A stretch of 64,000 bases of DNA from Aggregatilineales bacterium (GTDB lineage Bacteria > Chloroflexota > Anaerolineae > Aggregatilineales > J027), in assembly GCA_965215855.1 (NCBI GenBank), contig CBDCER010000001.1, positions 133,564-197,563 of the forward strand, given 5' to 3'. A model generated the notes under the pieces. It made no database searches. It was not told the DNA's origin and was given only the letters and a program-made list of their open reading frames with translations. Each line of letters opens with the position of its first letter. Positions within the stretch are counted from its first letter, which is position 1. Shown in pieces: positions 20,421-29,615 of this stretch. The position numbers were made by a program, and so were the translations under genes.

Positions 20421-21512
20421 ATGGCTGACAACAAGATAAAGGTGGCGATTCTAGGCGCGACGGGTGCAGTTGGGCAGCGATTCATTCAACTGTTGGAGGA
20501 TCATCCCTGGTTCCAGGTGGCAGAGCTTGTGGCAAGCGAACGCAGCGCCGGAAAATCATATGGTGAGGCAGCGAATTGGGTGTTGGATGGACAACCGCCA
20601 CATAATGTTGCTCAATTGACGGTTAAGGGCATGGATGAGACACTGCAATCGCCGCTGGTGTTTTCGGCGCTACCGAGCAAACAAGCCAAGGTGGTGGAAG
20701 TGAAACTGGCAGCGGAGGGGCATGTGGTGTGTTCCAATGCCAGTGCAAACCGCATGGCGATAGATGTACCGTTGATGATCCCTGAAGTGAATGCCGATCA
20801 TATTCGCTTGGTGGACGTTCAGCGACGCAACCGGGGCTGGACGACGGGCGCGTTGGTCACCAACTCCAACTGCACCAGTATGCCGGTGACAATGGCGCTG
20901 GCTCCTTTGAAGCACTTCGAGCCAACGCATCTCCATATGGTCAGTATGCAAGCCATCAGCGGGGCGGGGTATCCGGGGGTGGCATCGCTCGATGTTCTGG
21001 ACAACGTTGTGCCCTATATCGGCGGCGAGGAAGAAAAATTAGGCATCGAACCGGCCAAAATGTTGGGCTACCTGGCGGATGATGGTGAAGCAGTCGAGAT
21101 GCTCTCGTGGAAGGCGAGTGCAGCGTGTAACCGTGTACCGGTGTTGGACGCGCATCTGGTCAATGTGGCGGTGCGCTTTGCGAGTAATCCATCATTGGCG
21201 GATATTGAGGCGGCCTGGGATGCGTTTGAAGCGCCGGATGTCGTGCGAGGTTTACCGTCGGCTCCACCCCAACCCGTGATCTATAGCCGGTTGCCGGATC
21301 GTCCACAACCACGCCGGGATCGGAATGCTGGCGGTGGAATGTCAACCGTTGTGGGGCGCTTGCGGAAATGCGAGGCAATTGATGGTGTGCAGTTTCTGGC
21401 GTTGGCACACAACACGGTGCGGGGGGCGGCGGGCTGCTCGATTTTGAATGCAGAATTGATGGCGAAGACAGGCTATCTTGAAGGTGTGAGAACATTGGCA
21501 CTTTCGATTTGA
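20421..21512 (+). CDS. asd: Aspartate-semialdehyde dehydrogenase
   Basis: LGATGAVGQRF, PEVN, NSNCT catalytic Cys, QAISGAG, CNRVPV, HNTVRGAAG. Confidence 0.95.
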   Translation: MADNKIKVAILGATGAVGQRFIQLLEDHPWFQVAELVASERSAGKSYGEAANWVLDGQPPHNVAQLTVKGMDETLQSPLVFSALPSKQAKVVEVKLAAEGHVVCSNASANRMAIDVPLMIPEVNADHIRLVDVQRRNRGWTTGALVTNSNCTSMPVTMALAPLKHFEPTHLHMVSMQAISGAGYPGVASLDVLDNVVPYIGGEEEKLGIEPAKMLGYLADDGEAVEMLSWKASAACNRVPVLDAHLVNVAVRFASNPSLADIEAAWDAFEAPDVVRGLPSAPPQPVIYSRLPDRPQPRRDRNAGGGMSTVVGRLRKCEAIDGVQFLALAHNTVRGAAGCSILNAELMAKTGYLEGVRTLALSI

Positions 21513-21516
21513 CGGC

Positions 21517-22107
21517 GTGGGCTATTGTTCGCTACTATATCCTCATCAGGTTGAGGATAAAATTGTGACATTGTTGAGACATGCCGAGTATTTTTTCAGC
21601 CAAAAAGGTTATCAGGCGACGACCGTTGAGGACATTGCAACGGCGGCGGGAGTCGCTTCTGATTCTGTAGACAAGGCCGCTTTGTTGTGGCAGAGCGCGA
21701 TTCGGGTGGCGGATGCGTTTCAGGCCGCGTTGGATGTTGTGTTGAAAGAACCACGCCCGGTGGATGATCGTCTGCGACACGCGATGATGGCGCATATCAA
21801 TGTCATTGTCAGCAACCTAGAGGCCGCCAATGTGTTTATGCACGAGTGGCGCTATTTGCCAGATGAGCAACTGCGTGAGTATCAGCAACGGCGGGATGCG
21901 TATGAGGCCCAAATCCGCGAGATGATCCGTGAAGGCATTTATAGCGGCATATTCGCACCTGTTGATGAGAAATTTGCAACGCTGATGGTATTAAGTGCAT
22001 TGAACTGGGTCAGCCAGTGGTATCGTGAGGATGGGCCGATGACGGCTATCGAAATCGCGCATACCCTGGCTGATTTGACGTTAAATGGTCTGTTTCGTCG
22101 GGTATAA
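21517..22107 (+). CDS. TetR-family regulator (PaaR/KstR2-like) with shortened HTH
   Basis: KGYQATTVEDIATAAGV and C-terminal LSALNWVSQWYREDG; directly upstream of paaA; the usual xxLYxHF helix is absent. Confidence 0.75.
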   Translation: MGYCSLLYPHQVEDKIVTLLRHAEYFFSQKGYQATTVEDIATAAGVASDSVDKAALLWQSAIRVADAFQAALDVVLKEPRPVDDRLRHAMMAHINVIVSNLEAANVFMHEWRYLPDEQLREYQQRRDAYEAQIREMIREGIYSGIFAPVDEKFATLMVLSALNWVSQWYREDGPMTAIEIAHTLADLTLNGLFRRV

Positions 22108-22110
22108 CTG

Positions 22111-22145
22111 CCCCCTCCCGGCCTCCCCCAAACATGGGGGAGGGG
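22111..22145. repeat. REP-like C/G-rich palindrome, copy B1
   Basis: CCCCCTCCCGG-CCTCCCCCA-AACA-TGGGGGAGG with a perfect 9-bp stem. Confidence 0.65.
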
Positions 22146-22224
22146 CTGCATAGGGCGCGATTCTGGTCACGACTTTTGTGACTTGCATACCCAAATCTGA
22201 GGTGAGTGGAGGAGAGAACGCTGT

Positions 22225-23202
22225 ATGGTAATGCCAATGACACCGGCTACTGAGGATGATAGCGGGTTGAGTGAGGATGAAAAGCTGGCGATTTTTGAGG
22301 CACGCATCGCCCGTAATGAGAAAATCGAGGCGACGGATTGGATGCCGGAACGCTATCGCAAGCAACTGATCCGCATGATCCAAAATCATGGGAACAGCGA
22401 GATCGTAGGGGCTTTGCCGGAGCGCGAGTGGATACCCCATGCGCCGACATTCAAGCGCAAGCTGGCGCTGACCGCCAAAGTGCAGGACGAGGTGGGGCAC
22501 GCGCAACTGCTCTATCGGGCGGCGGAAACACTCGGCAAACCACGTGAGGTCATCATCGAGGAATTGCTAAGTGGCAAGGCCAAATACTCGAATGTATTCA
22601 ACTATCGCCCCGAAACATGGGCCGATGTGGGCGTTATCGCGTGGCTGATTGATGCGGCAGCAATTATTCGCCAGTTGTTGCTGCGCGAGGGGTCGTATGG
22701 GCCTTATAGCCGTGCGCTCCAGCGGATTTGCTATGAGGAAAGTTTCCATCTGAAGCATGGTTATGATATTTGTGTGACGCTGGCATTTGGGACGCGGATC
22801 CAGCGTGATATGTTGCAGGATGCGCTCAACCGCTGGTGGGAGCCGATTGTGTGCTTCTTTGGCCCGCCGGATCGCCAGAGCGTGCATACCGATGAACTGA
22901 TGCGCTGGAAGGTCAAGATGAAGACCAACGACGCCATCCGCCAGGATTTCTTCGAGCAATATGTTCCGAAAATCTGGGAATTGGGACTGACCATTCCTGA
23001 CCCTGAATTGCGTAAGGACGAAACTACCGGCCAGTGGCGATACACTGAGCCGGATTGGGAGGAGTTCAAACGCGTCATTCGCGGTCATGGTCCATGCAAT
23101 GCCGAACGGATTGCGATGCGGCGCATGGCACATGAAGATGGCGAATGGGTGCGGCGGGCGTTGGCGGCGGCTGAACGTGGCGAGCCAGTTCCGATACATT
23201 AG
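22225..23202 (+). CDS. paaA: 1,2-phenylacetyl-CoA epoxidase subunit A
   Basis: [40 protein letters not shown]...CYEESFH, NRWW. Confidence 0.95.
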   Translation: MVMPMTPATEDDSGLSEDEKLAIFEARIARNEKIEATDWMPERYRKQLIRMIQNHGNSEIVGALPEREWIPHAPTFKRKLALTAKVQDEVGHAQLLYRAAETLGKPREVIIEELLSGKAKYSNVFNYRPETWADVGVIAWLIDAAAIIRQLLLREGSYGPYSRALQRICYEESFHLKHGYDICVTLAFGTRIQRDMLQDALNRWWEPIVCFFGPPDRQSVHTDELMRWKVKMKTNDAIRQDFFEQYVPKIWELGLTIPDPELRKDETTGQWRYTEPDWEEFKRVIRGHGPCNAERIAMRRMAHEDGEWVRRALAAAERGEPVPIH

Positions 23203-23297
23203 GATTGGGTTAATCTTATGTTGCAGAATGGTTATGGCTCACGGCGTAGGTTGTGGGCCATATTGTTGAGAGCAGACGAGGTTGGGGGAATAACAAG

Positions 23298-23618
23298 ATG
23301 AGCAAACAAGATACACAGTGGCAGACCTGGGAAGTGTTTCACCAGGCCAAACGCGGCGCAGCCCATGTACATGTGGGTAGCGTTCATGCGCCCAATGCAG
23401 AAATGGCGTTGTTGTTGGCGAAGGAACAATTTGCGCGGCGGCAAGCGTGTGTGAATTTGTGGGTCGTGCCGACGACGGCTATTCGGGCCACACAGTATGA
23501 AGATGCCGATATTTTTGAGCATGGCACGGACAAGAGCTACCGCGAGGCGTTTGGCTATAAGGTGCGGGCACGGGTACGCAGCGCGACGCAGGGAGACGAT
23601 GAAGAGGTGAAGGAATAG
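23298..23618 (+). CDS. paaB: 1,2-phenylacetyl-CoA epoxidase subunit B
   Basis: WEVF...HVHVGSVHAPNAEMAL...ARR...LWVV...DKSYR. Confidence 0.93.
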   Translation: MSKQDTQWQTWEVFHQAKRGAAHVHVGSVHAPNAEMALLLAKEQFARRQACVNLWVVPTTAIRATQYEDADIFEHGTDKSYREAFGYKVRARVRSATQGDDEEVKE

Positions 23619-23624
23619 ACGCTG

Positions 23625-24389
23625 ATGAACGACAATGCGGCAATGATGGATTTGCTGTTCCGGCTGGCGGATGATGAGTTGATGATGGGCCATCGCAATT
23701 CGGAATGGACGGGCGTTGCGCCGATTTTGGAGGAAGACATCGCGTTTTCGAGCATGGCACAGGACGAGATGGGCCATGCGCTGGCGTACTATACGGTGTT
23801 GCATGAGCATTTTGGGCAGGATATTCCAGACCGGCTGGCATTTTTGCGGGATGCGGACAAATTTCGCAATGCGGCCTTGACGGCGCTGGGGCGCAAGGAC
23901 TGGGCGCGGGCCATTATGCGGCAGTTTTTGTATGATGCTGCCGAGCAGGTGCGCCTGGAAGTTTACCGGCGGCATCCCTTCGAGCCATTGGCGCAACTGG
24001 CGCGGAAGTTTCATGGCGAGGAAAAATATCATTTCATGCACGCACGGGCCTGGGTGGTGCGATTGGGACAGGGCACGGATGACAGTCGTGGGCGGATGCA
24101 GGAATCACTGGATGAACTGTGGCCGTATGCGCTGGGACTCTTTGAGGCCGGGCAACCGGAGCAGGAAGGTGAGTTCGCGGAGGCGAGCTTACTGGCAGCA
24201 TGGCTGGGGTTAGTATGTCCGATTCTGATCGAAGCGGGTTTGAAGGTGGCTGCTGGGGAAAACGATGGTGTTTGGACGACGGACGCGGAGCCACACGCAG
24301 GTCGTTATGCAGCGCCGGACGCGGACCGGATTGGGCTGTTGGAAGCGATGCAGAAAGTCTACCGGATGGATCCGGAGGCCGAGTGGTAA
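23625..24389 (+). CDS. paaC: 1,2-phenylacetyl-CoA epoxidase subunit C
   Basis: LADDELMMGHRNSEWTGVAPILEEDIA...QDEMGHA, EEKYH, terminal W. Confidence 0.93.
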   Translation: MNDNAAMMDLLFRLADDELMMGHRNSEWTGVAPILEEDIAFSSMAQDEMGHALAYYTVLHEHFGQDIPDRLAFLRDADKFRNAALTALGRKDWARAIMRQFLYDAAEQVRLEVYRRHPFEPLAQLARKFHGEEKYHFMHARAWVVRLGQGTDDSRGRMQESLDELWPYALGLFEAGQPEQEGEFAEASLLAAWLGLVCPILIEAGLKVAAGENDGVWTTDAEPHAGRYAAPDADRIGLLEAMQKVYRMDPEAEW

Positions 24390-24394
24390 TTAAA

Positions 24395-24453
24395 CCCCCT
24401 CCTATCCTCCCCCAAACATACCTTCGGTGTTCCCGTTGGTCATGGGGGCGGAG
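24395..24453. repeat. REP-like palindrome, copy B2, with enlarged loop
   Basis: CCCCCTCCTATCCTCCCCCAAACAT + 24 extra nt + GGGGGCGGAG; related to 22111-22145. Confidence 0.55.
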
Positions 24454-24490
24454 CTTGTGGAGTGGGATTCTAGCCTGAAGGGGAAGAACT

Positions 24491-24979
24491 ATGGATGAGG
24501 CGCAGGTCTGGGAAGTGTTGCAGAGCGTACCCGACCCTGAAATTCCGACGGTGTCGGTGGTGGAGTTGGGCATTGTGCATGAGGTGGCGGTTGGGCCAGA
24601 TGGGTCGGTGCGGGTGGCGATGACGCCGACCTTTGCAGGGTGTCCGGCCACGGAGATGATGCAGCAAGACATTCGGGAGGCGCTGGCGGGGGCAGGCGTC
24701 ACCGAGATAGCGGTTGATGTGGTGTTCGATCCACCCTGGACGAGTGATCGTATCAGCGCGGAAGGTCGGCGCAAGTTGAAGGAATTTGGGCTGGCTCCGC
24801 CGCCACCGGTGCAGGGGCGGGGCGATGGCGCGATGATCTTGCTGGTGGAGCAAATCGCATGCCCGTTCTGCGATGCGACGAATACGCGGCTGGAATCGCC
24901 GTTTGGGCCGACGCTGTGCCGGGCGATTTACTACTGTAATTCGTGCAAGCAGTCGTTTGAGATGTTCAAGCCGTTGTAA
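24491..24979 (+). CDS. paaD: 1,2-phenylacetyl-CoA epoxidase subunit D (DUF59 + Zn ribbon)
   Basis: VPDPEIP, TPTFAGCPA, PPWTSD, CPFC...FGPTLCRAIYYCNSCKQSFEMFK. Confidence 0.93.
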   Translation: MDEAQVWEVLQSVPDPEIPTVSVVELGIVHEVAVGPDGSVRVAMTPTFAGCPATEMMQQDIREALAGAGVTEIAVDVVFDPPWTSDRISAEGRRKLKEFGLAPPPPVQGRGDGAMILLVEQIACPFCDATNTRLESPFGPTLCRAIYYCNSCKQSFEMFKPL

Positions 24980-25029
24980 TGCCAAAAACTGTGAGTTTCT
25001 CTTTGTTTTGCAGAATACAGGCGAATGTT

Positions 25030-26077
25030 AGATTTTATCGGAAATAGCCAAATAGCAACCGGCAGATACAATTTTCCCTTACCCATGACAGGATCAGGCA
25101 GCGAGGGGATAGTCAATCCGTAAATTATGAAGACCGCACGCTGTCTCCATGACCAAATCTGCCAGGTCAGTTTTGATGTGGCGAAAGATATGCCGCACAA
25201 TGGCAAAAGCTTTCACCCCACCAATACCATGTTCAACGCAGATACGCTCACTGGAGAGTTCTGAATTGCGGGCTTTTTCCTCCGGTGTTAACTCGCGTCC
25301 TCTGGGCTTTTTCTTGGGTTGAAATGTCTGGGTACCCGCTGGCTCATAGCCTTGAAAACCGGTGTCTTTCCAGAGCTTGCTCCCGGGTGGAAATTGGAGG
25401 GCGTGTTCATCGGCGAGTTTCTTATCATGTTTCTTGCCTTCACTGGTCGGACTCAACCCTTTGATCTTGCGCGTGCGCTTGTCCATAATCACATTGTTCT
25501 TGACCGTATGGCGCTTCTTCTTACCACTATAGTGCTGGCGCTGGCGCTCAGGGTCTTTTGGGCGGCGAATTGGCCTTTCCGTCCCATCAATGGCGAACTC
25601 TAACCCCGGACACCTGGCTAATACCTCGGCGATTTCTTTGGCCTGACGCGCCGGGAGTTGCTGCTGATAACCCAATGCCGCATTGAGAATTGGTATCAAC
25701 CGTTGTATCCATTCATTCGCTTGGGGTTGCCCCATGCCAAACAGATACCCTTGCAGCACTTGCACCGGATAGAACCGAAAGTACACCAGGATAAACATCA
25801 ACTTATCTTCGATCGCTGGTATTGCCCCGCGCCGACCCCCACCTCGTTGCCGTTGCCGCTCGCCTTCGCGTTGCTGTTCGCGCTCTTCCAAATCCGCTTC
25901 ATAGGCGGCTTCAAAATCGACCAGCAGCTTGGCGAAAGCTCGCGGCGTCAAGCCTGTGAAACTCCTGAATACTCCCGGTTTGCCTCTCAGTTCCTGGTAG
26001 TTTATCATCGTTGATCGTTGACCTATATGCTTTTTTCGATCTAGCTTACCTGTTTCTTTCTATTTCCGATAGAGTCT
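25030..26077 (-). mobile_element. IS5-family (ISL2-group-like) insertion sequence, 1048 bp
   Basis: 18-bp IRs AGATTTTATCGGAAATAG / AGACTCTATCGGAAATAG (2 mismatches); 3-bp TSD GTT at 25027-25029 and 26078-26080. Confidence 0.85.
25094..26008 (-). CDS. Transposase (HTH_Tnp_4 + DDE_Tnp_4 type)
   Basis: FTGLT, IDGTERPIRRP, YSGKKKRHTVK, GKKHD, DTGFQG, RICVEHGIG. Confidence 0.92.
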   Translation of the reverse strand: MINYQELRGKPGVFRSFTGLTPRAFAKLLVDFEAAYEADLEEREQQREGERQRQRGGGRRGAIPAIEDKLMFILVYFRFYPVQVLQGYLFGMGQPQANEWIQRLIPILNAALGYQQQLPARQAKEIAEVLARCPGLEFAIDGTERPIRRPKDPERQRQHYSGKKKRHTVKNNVIMDKRTRKIKGLSPTSEGKKHDKKLADEHALQFPPGSKLWKDTGFQGYEPAGTQTFQPKKKPRGRELTPEEKARNSELSSERICVEHGIGGVKAFAIVRHIFRHIKTDLADLVMETACGLHNLRIDYPLAA

Positions 26078-26086
26078 GTTGTACTT

Positions 26087-26884
26087 CTACTCAGTTGACC
26101 GTATTTCATGTCTAAACATGCTGGGTGATTTGCCAACAAAAGCCTTGAAAGTCTGACTAAAAGAACTCATGCTGAGATAGCCGACCTGCAAGGAAACCTC
26201 CGTAACTGAAGCATCTGGCAAAGACAAGAGTTCCAATGCCTTAATCACTCTAGCAGTGCGTAGATATGCTTGAAATGTCGTATCCATTTGATGACGAAAC
26301 AACCTCATGAGCGTTCGAGATGACATACCAAATTCTCGACTCACATTGGACATTGTAAGGCTTCTGTCGAGATTGCTAAGTATATAGCTCGTGATATTCA
26401 GAAGTTGTTCATGTTCAGTAGTGGGTAAAACCAGGGCAATGGCATCACGACACCAATCCGCGATTAAATAGCAAAGGGCATTATAGAAAGCTTCCTCAAT
26501 TTTAGTGACAGGATGTTCATAGTGCCATTGTTGCGTGTAAAGGATCATTTCTCGTGCCAATGGCGTTATCGGGAAGATCGTTAGGCGATCTGGAAACCCA
26601 TACTTCTTTTTGCCTTGTCCAAGATAGAGGGTTCGTAGATGGAGTTGGGGTGACGAAGACGCCACCTTATGGATTAGGCCAGCAGGTATCCATGCTCCGT
26701 GTTTTGTAGGGAGGATGAACTGCTGTTCATTTGCGAAGAAATGAAGTACACCACTTTCTGCATAAAGTAGCTGATGGCGTGAATGTTGGTGTGTTTCAGT
26801 AATGAATTTACCAACGGGTACATGAATGGCGAAATTCTGTTTTTTTATGTCTTCAATTCCTAAGTGTAAGACGGGAGAAGACAT
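26087..26884 (-). CDS. AraC-family regulator (cupin + double HTH, NimR/RipA-like)
   Basis: HQHSRHQLLYA...WIPAGLIH; MSSRTLMRLF; VGYLSMSSFSQTFK...GKSP. Confidence 0.92.
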   Translation of the reverse strand: MSSPVLHLGIEDIKKQNFAIHVPVGKFITETHQHSRHQLLYAESGVLHFFANEQQFILPTKHGAWIPAGLIHKVASSSPQLHLRTLYLGQGKKKYGFPDRLTIFPITPLAREMILYTQQWHYEHPVTKIEEAFYNALCYLIADWCRDAIALVLPTTEHEQLLNITSYILSNLDRSLTMSNVSREFGMSSRTLMRLFRHQMDTTFQAYLRTARVIKALELLSLPDASVTEVSLQVGYLSMSSFSQTFKAFVGKSPSMFRHEIRSTE

Positions 26885-26911
26885 TGTCGCTCCTGGACAA
26901 ATAACTGTCGT
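26885..26911. promoter_or_regulatory. Possible tandem AraC-type binding sites
   Basis: TGTCGC (26885) and TGTCGT (26906) 21 bp apart between the divergent araC and MFS genes. Confidence 0.35.
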
Positions 26912-26983
26912 TTTAGCGTTAGTGTGACATGTTAGACGATATTACACTGAAGGGCGTAAAAATAACAGGAAGCGCCAATCCTG

Positions 26984-28159
26984 ATGAACTTGACCAGATA
27001 CAGATCTCGGTTTGATAGCAAGGCAACACTCTTAGGGACACTAACTGTTGGGCATGGAACGAATGATTTTTACAGTGTGTTGCTCCCTGTCCTATTGCCC
27101 GTCATCGCGCTAGACTTTGGGCTAACCTACACTCAATTCGGGTTTATTCTTCTTATCACAACAATTTCATCAGGTTTCTTACAACCTCTATTTGGATTTA
27201 TCGCTGATCGTCATGGCATTCAGAAGCAAGTTGTGCTTATGGGATTTGTCATGTTTGCTCTAGGGTTAACTGGCTTCAGCATCGCCTCAACTTTTCTGGC
27301 CTTGATCGTGTCTAGCTTTATCTACGGTTTTGGAGAAACGACATTTCATGCCCAGTCTACAAGTTATATCACCTCAACTTTTGCTGAGAATAAGGGCAAA
27401 GCTATGGGCATTCACGGCTTAGGTGGCTCAGTGGGTAATTTCCTCGCACCTGTAAGTGCCGCGTTCCTTGTCACCGCATTTGAGTGGCGATTTGCCGCGA
27501 TCATGCTGGCAGTGCCAGCCCTTGCTTTAATCGCAATATTATCCGCCAGTTTGAAGAACAGAAAAAAAAGTAACCACTTATCATTCGCAAGCGGCTTGAC
27601 ACGTGAGATTTTTGTCTTAGGCATAAATTTTGGTCTGATTATTATGCTCTACAAGGGTTTCCTGGCATTTCTGCCAACATGGTTACTTGAGAACGGCGAG
27701 GCCTTAACTTCAGCCGGGGCAATTACATCGCTTATGCTGATCATAGGCATACTTGCACAGCCTATTGGGGGTATGGTTTTTGATAAGTATGGCGGACGGG
27801 TTGTTTTCATCGTCAGCCCTATCATCGCAGGCATTGCATTACTGTTGATGACAGGGATCAACGGGTGGCTGGTCATTCCTATGATTGTTATTATTGGGGC
27901 CTCAATTACGATGACTTTTCCAGTTGCGCTGGCTATGGCAAGCTCTTTGACAAGTGGGGGTGAAGCTGGAATGAGTGTCGGTGTTGTCTTTGGTATCAGT
28001 TCTACAATGTCGGCTTTCACTCCTCTTGTGACAGGGCTTCTTGCGGATCAGTTTGGATTGGAAATAGCCTTTCAACTACTTGTTCTCTTGCCGATATTGA
28101 CGGTAGTCATGGGTATTGCCATCCTCCCAAACAGAAAATACACGACAAAGCAGTCATAA
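26984..28159 (+). CDS. MFS transporter (Fsr-like)
   Basis: About 12 hydrophobic segments; GHGTNDFY, QPLFGFIADR, QPIGGMVFDKYGGR. Confidence 0.9.
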   Translation: MNLTRYRSRFDSKATLLGTLTVGHGTNDFYSVLLPVLLPVIALDFGLTYTQFGFILLITTISSGFLQPLFGFIADRHGIQKQVVLMGFVMFALGLTGFSIASTFLALIVSSFIYGFGETTFHAQSTSYITSTFAENKGKAMGIHGLGGSVGNFLAPVSAAFLVTAFEWRFAAIMLAVPALALIAILSASLKNRKKSNHLSFASGLTREIFVLGINFGLIIMLYKGFLAFLPTWLLENGEALTSAGAITSLMLIIGILAQPIGGMVFDKYGGRVVFIVSPIIAGIALLLMTGINGWLVIPMIVIIGASITMTFPVALAMASSLTSGGEAGMSVGVVFGISSTMSAFTPLVTGLLADQFGLEIAFQLLVLLPILTVVMGIAILPNRKYTTKQS

Positions 28160-28249
28160 TCCTATCAAGAACTGTATGACTGCTCAACGTAACGGATTTT
28201 TCAACAGGCTGGACCGTTTTTCTTGCGATAAGCTTGGGGGAACTCATCC

Positions 28250-29467
28250 TTATCCAAAACCCAGGCCAGCCATCAGCTTTCTGCCGAATTCGATATCGGC
28301 TTCAATCACCAAATCGCTGGCGTTGTGAAAAACCATGAAATCACGCATGGCGGTTGCGACGTCGGCGATTGTTCCTTCATCGGGGTCGATGCCGGGTTCC
28401 AGATGCAAGGCTTTCAGGCGTAGTGTGCCGGTTTTGCGTTCCAGTTTGGGATCGAAGCGCCCGATGAGACGGTCATGGTGCAGGATGGGCAGGCAGAAAT
28501 AGCCCCATTTGCGCTGGGGAGAGGGTTTGTAGGCTTCGAGGGTCTGCTCGAAATTCCAGAATTGCTGGTCGCGTTTGCTGGCCCAGAACAGGCTATCGAA
28601 GGGGCTGAGGAAGGTGGTGTGGACCGCCTGGATTGCGCCGTCCGCGATTTGTCCGAGCAGGGAGAGATTGTCGCGGTGGATGACTAAATCAGCGGTGGTT
28701 CCGTCGGCCAATTCGCCCTGAATTTCGATGAATGTCCCATCTTTTATCAAGCCTTCAATCAGTGGGCGGGCGGTGCCACGCTTGATATAGGTGTAGTCGG
28801 CGACCTGCATGGGCTGACAGACACCCAATGCCAATGCTGAACGCTCCAGAAAGTGCAGGTACATTTCTTCGTCGGTGGGTTGGGTGGTATCAACCCAATC
28901 GGGCAGCACGCGCTCGGTCAGGTTATAGATACGCTGGAAGTTGACGCGGTCTGCAATCATCAATTGACCCTGATCGTAGAGGTATTCCAGCGCCCGTTTG
29001 GATGGCTTCCAGCCCCACCAACTGCTGCCTTTGTGCCCATCGTCTTTGAAATCGGCACTTCGCAACGCGCCCTCGTCTTGGATGCGCTGATAGGTGGCTT
29101 CTATTATTTGGGCACTGAACTCCTCGCGCAGGAAACGGGCCTGGGAGCCGCGTGTGATCTCCCGTTTCATGAAGGGAATCCGGTAGCGATAATCGGCCAG
29201 TGGGATGATGCTGGCGGCATGGAGCCAGTATTCAAAGAGTTGACGATTTTCGCCGTAAATCAGTGCATCGAATTCGGCAGTGTCATATTGTCCCAGGCGG
29301 CTCCAAAGTGTGAGATATTGGCTGCGTTGAACCATTTGCAGCGTGTCGATCTGGACGCAAAGAATCTGGTGAATGGTGTCGTAGATAGATGAATTGGCGG
29401 TGGGGTCGGTCAGGCATTGGGTATGTAGGGCCAGGGTGCGGAGGGTTTTCAGGGAATAGGTGGTCAT
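28250..29467 (-). CDS. YcaQ/AlkZ-family (HTH_42) DNA crosslink-repair glycosylase
   Basis: VQIDT (QxD motif), LFEYWLHAAS, LSPFDSL, EAYKP...RKWGYFCLPIL...GRFD. Confidence 0.88.
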   Translation of the reverse strand: MTTYSLKTLRTLALHTQCLTDPTANSSIYDTIHQILCVQIDTLQMVQRSQYLTLWSRLGQYDTAEFDALIYGENRQLFEYWLHAASIIPLADYRYRIPFMKREITRGSQARFLREEFSAQIIEATYQRIQDEGALRSADFKDDGHKGSSWWGWKPSKRALEYLYDQGQLMIADRVNFQRIYNLTERVLPDWVDTTQPTDEEMYLHFLERSALALGVCQPMQVADYTYIKRGTARPLIEGLIKDGTFIEIQGELADGTTADLVIHRDNLSLLGQIADGAIQAVHTTFLSPFDSLFWASKRDQQFWNFEQTLEAYKPSPQRKWGYFCLPILHHDRLIGRFDPKLERKTGTLRLKALHLEPGIDPDEGTIADVATAMRDFMVFHNASDLVIEADIEFGRKLMAGLGFG

Positions 29468-29501
29468 GGCGCGAGTTCCTGTCTGTAGTATAATTGGCTT
29501 G

Positions 29502-29530
29502 AGTATAAGAACGAATGTTCTGATTGTCAA
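29502..29530 (-). promoter_or_regulatory. Sigma70 promoter with a LexA (SOS) box in the spacer
   Basis: Minus strand TTGACA (29530-29525) - 17 bp - TATACT (29507-29502); AGAAC-GAAT-GTTCT at 29508-29521 fits GAAC-N4-GTTC. Confidence 0.8.
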
Positions 29531-29615
29531 GCGATTCGGCAAATCGTTTTTCGGTTGGCAGTCTGTATTTATGACTCGTATACTACAGGCAGTTCAGTAG
29601 TCCAATGGGGGAGTT

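Noticed and set aside
22166-22182. GTCAC-N7-GTGAC palindrome before paaA as the TetR operator
   Set aside because: Only 5-bp arms, a single copy, and no match to PaaR operators I know.
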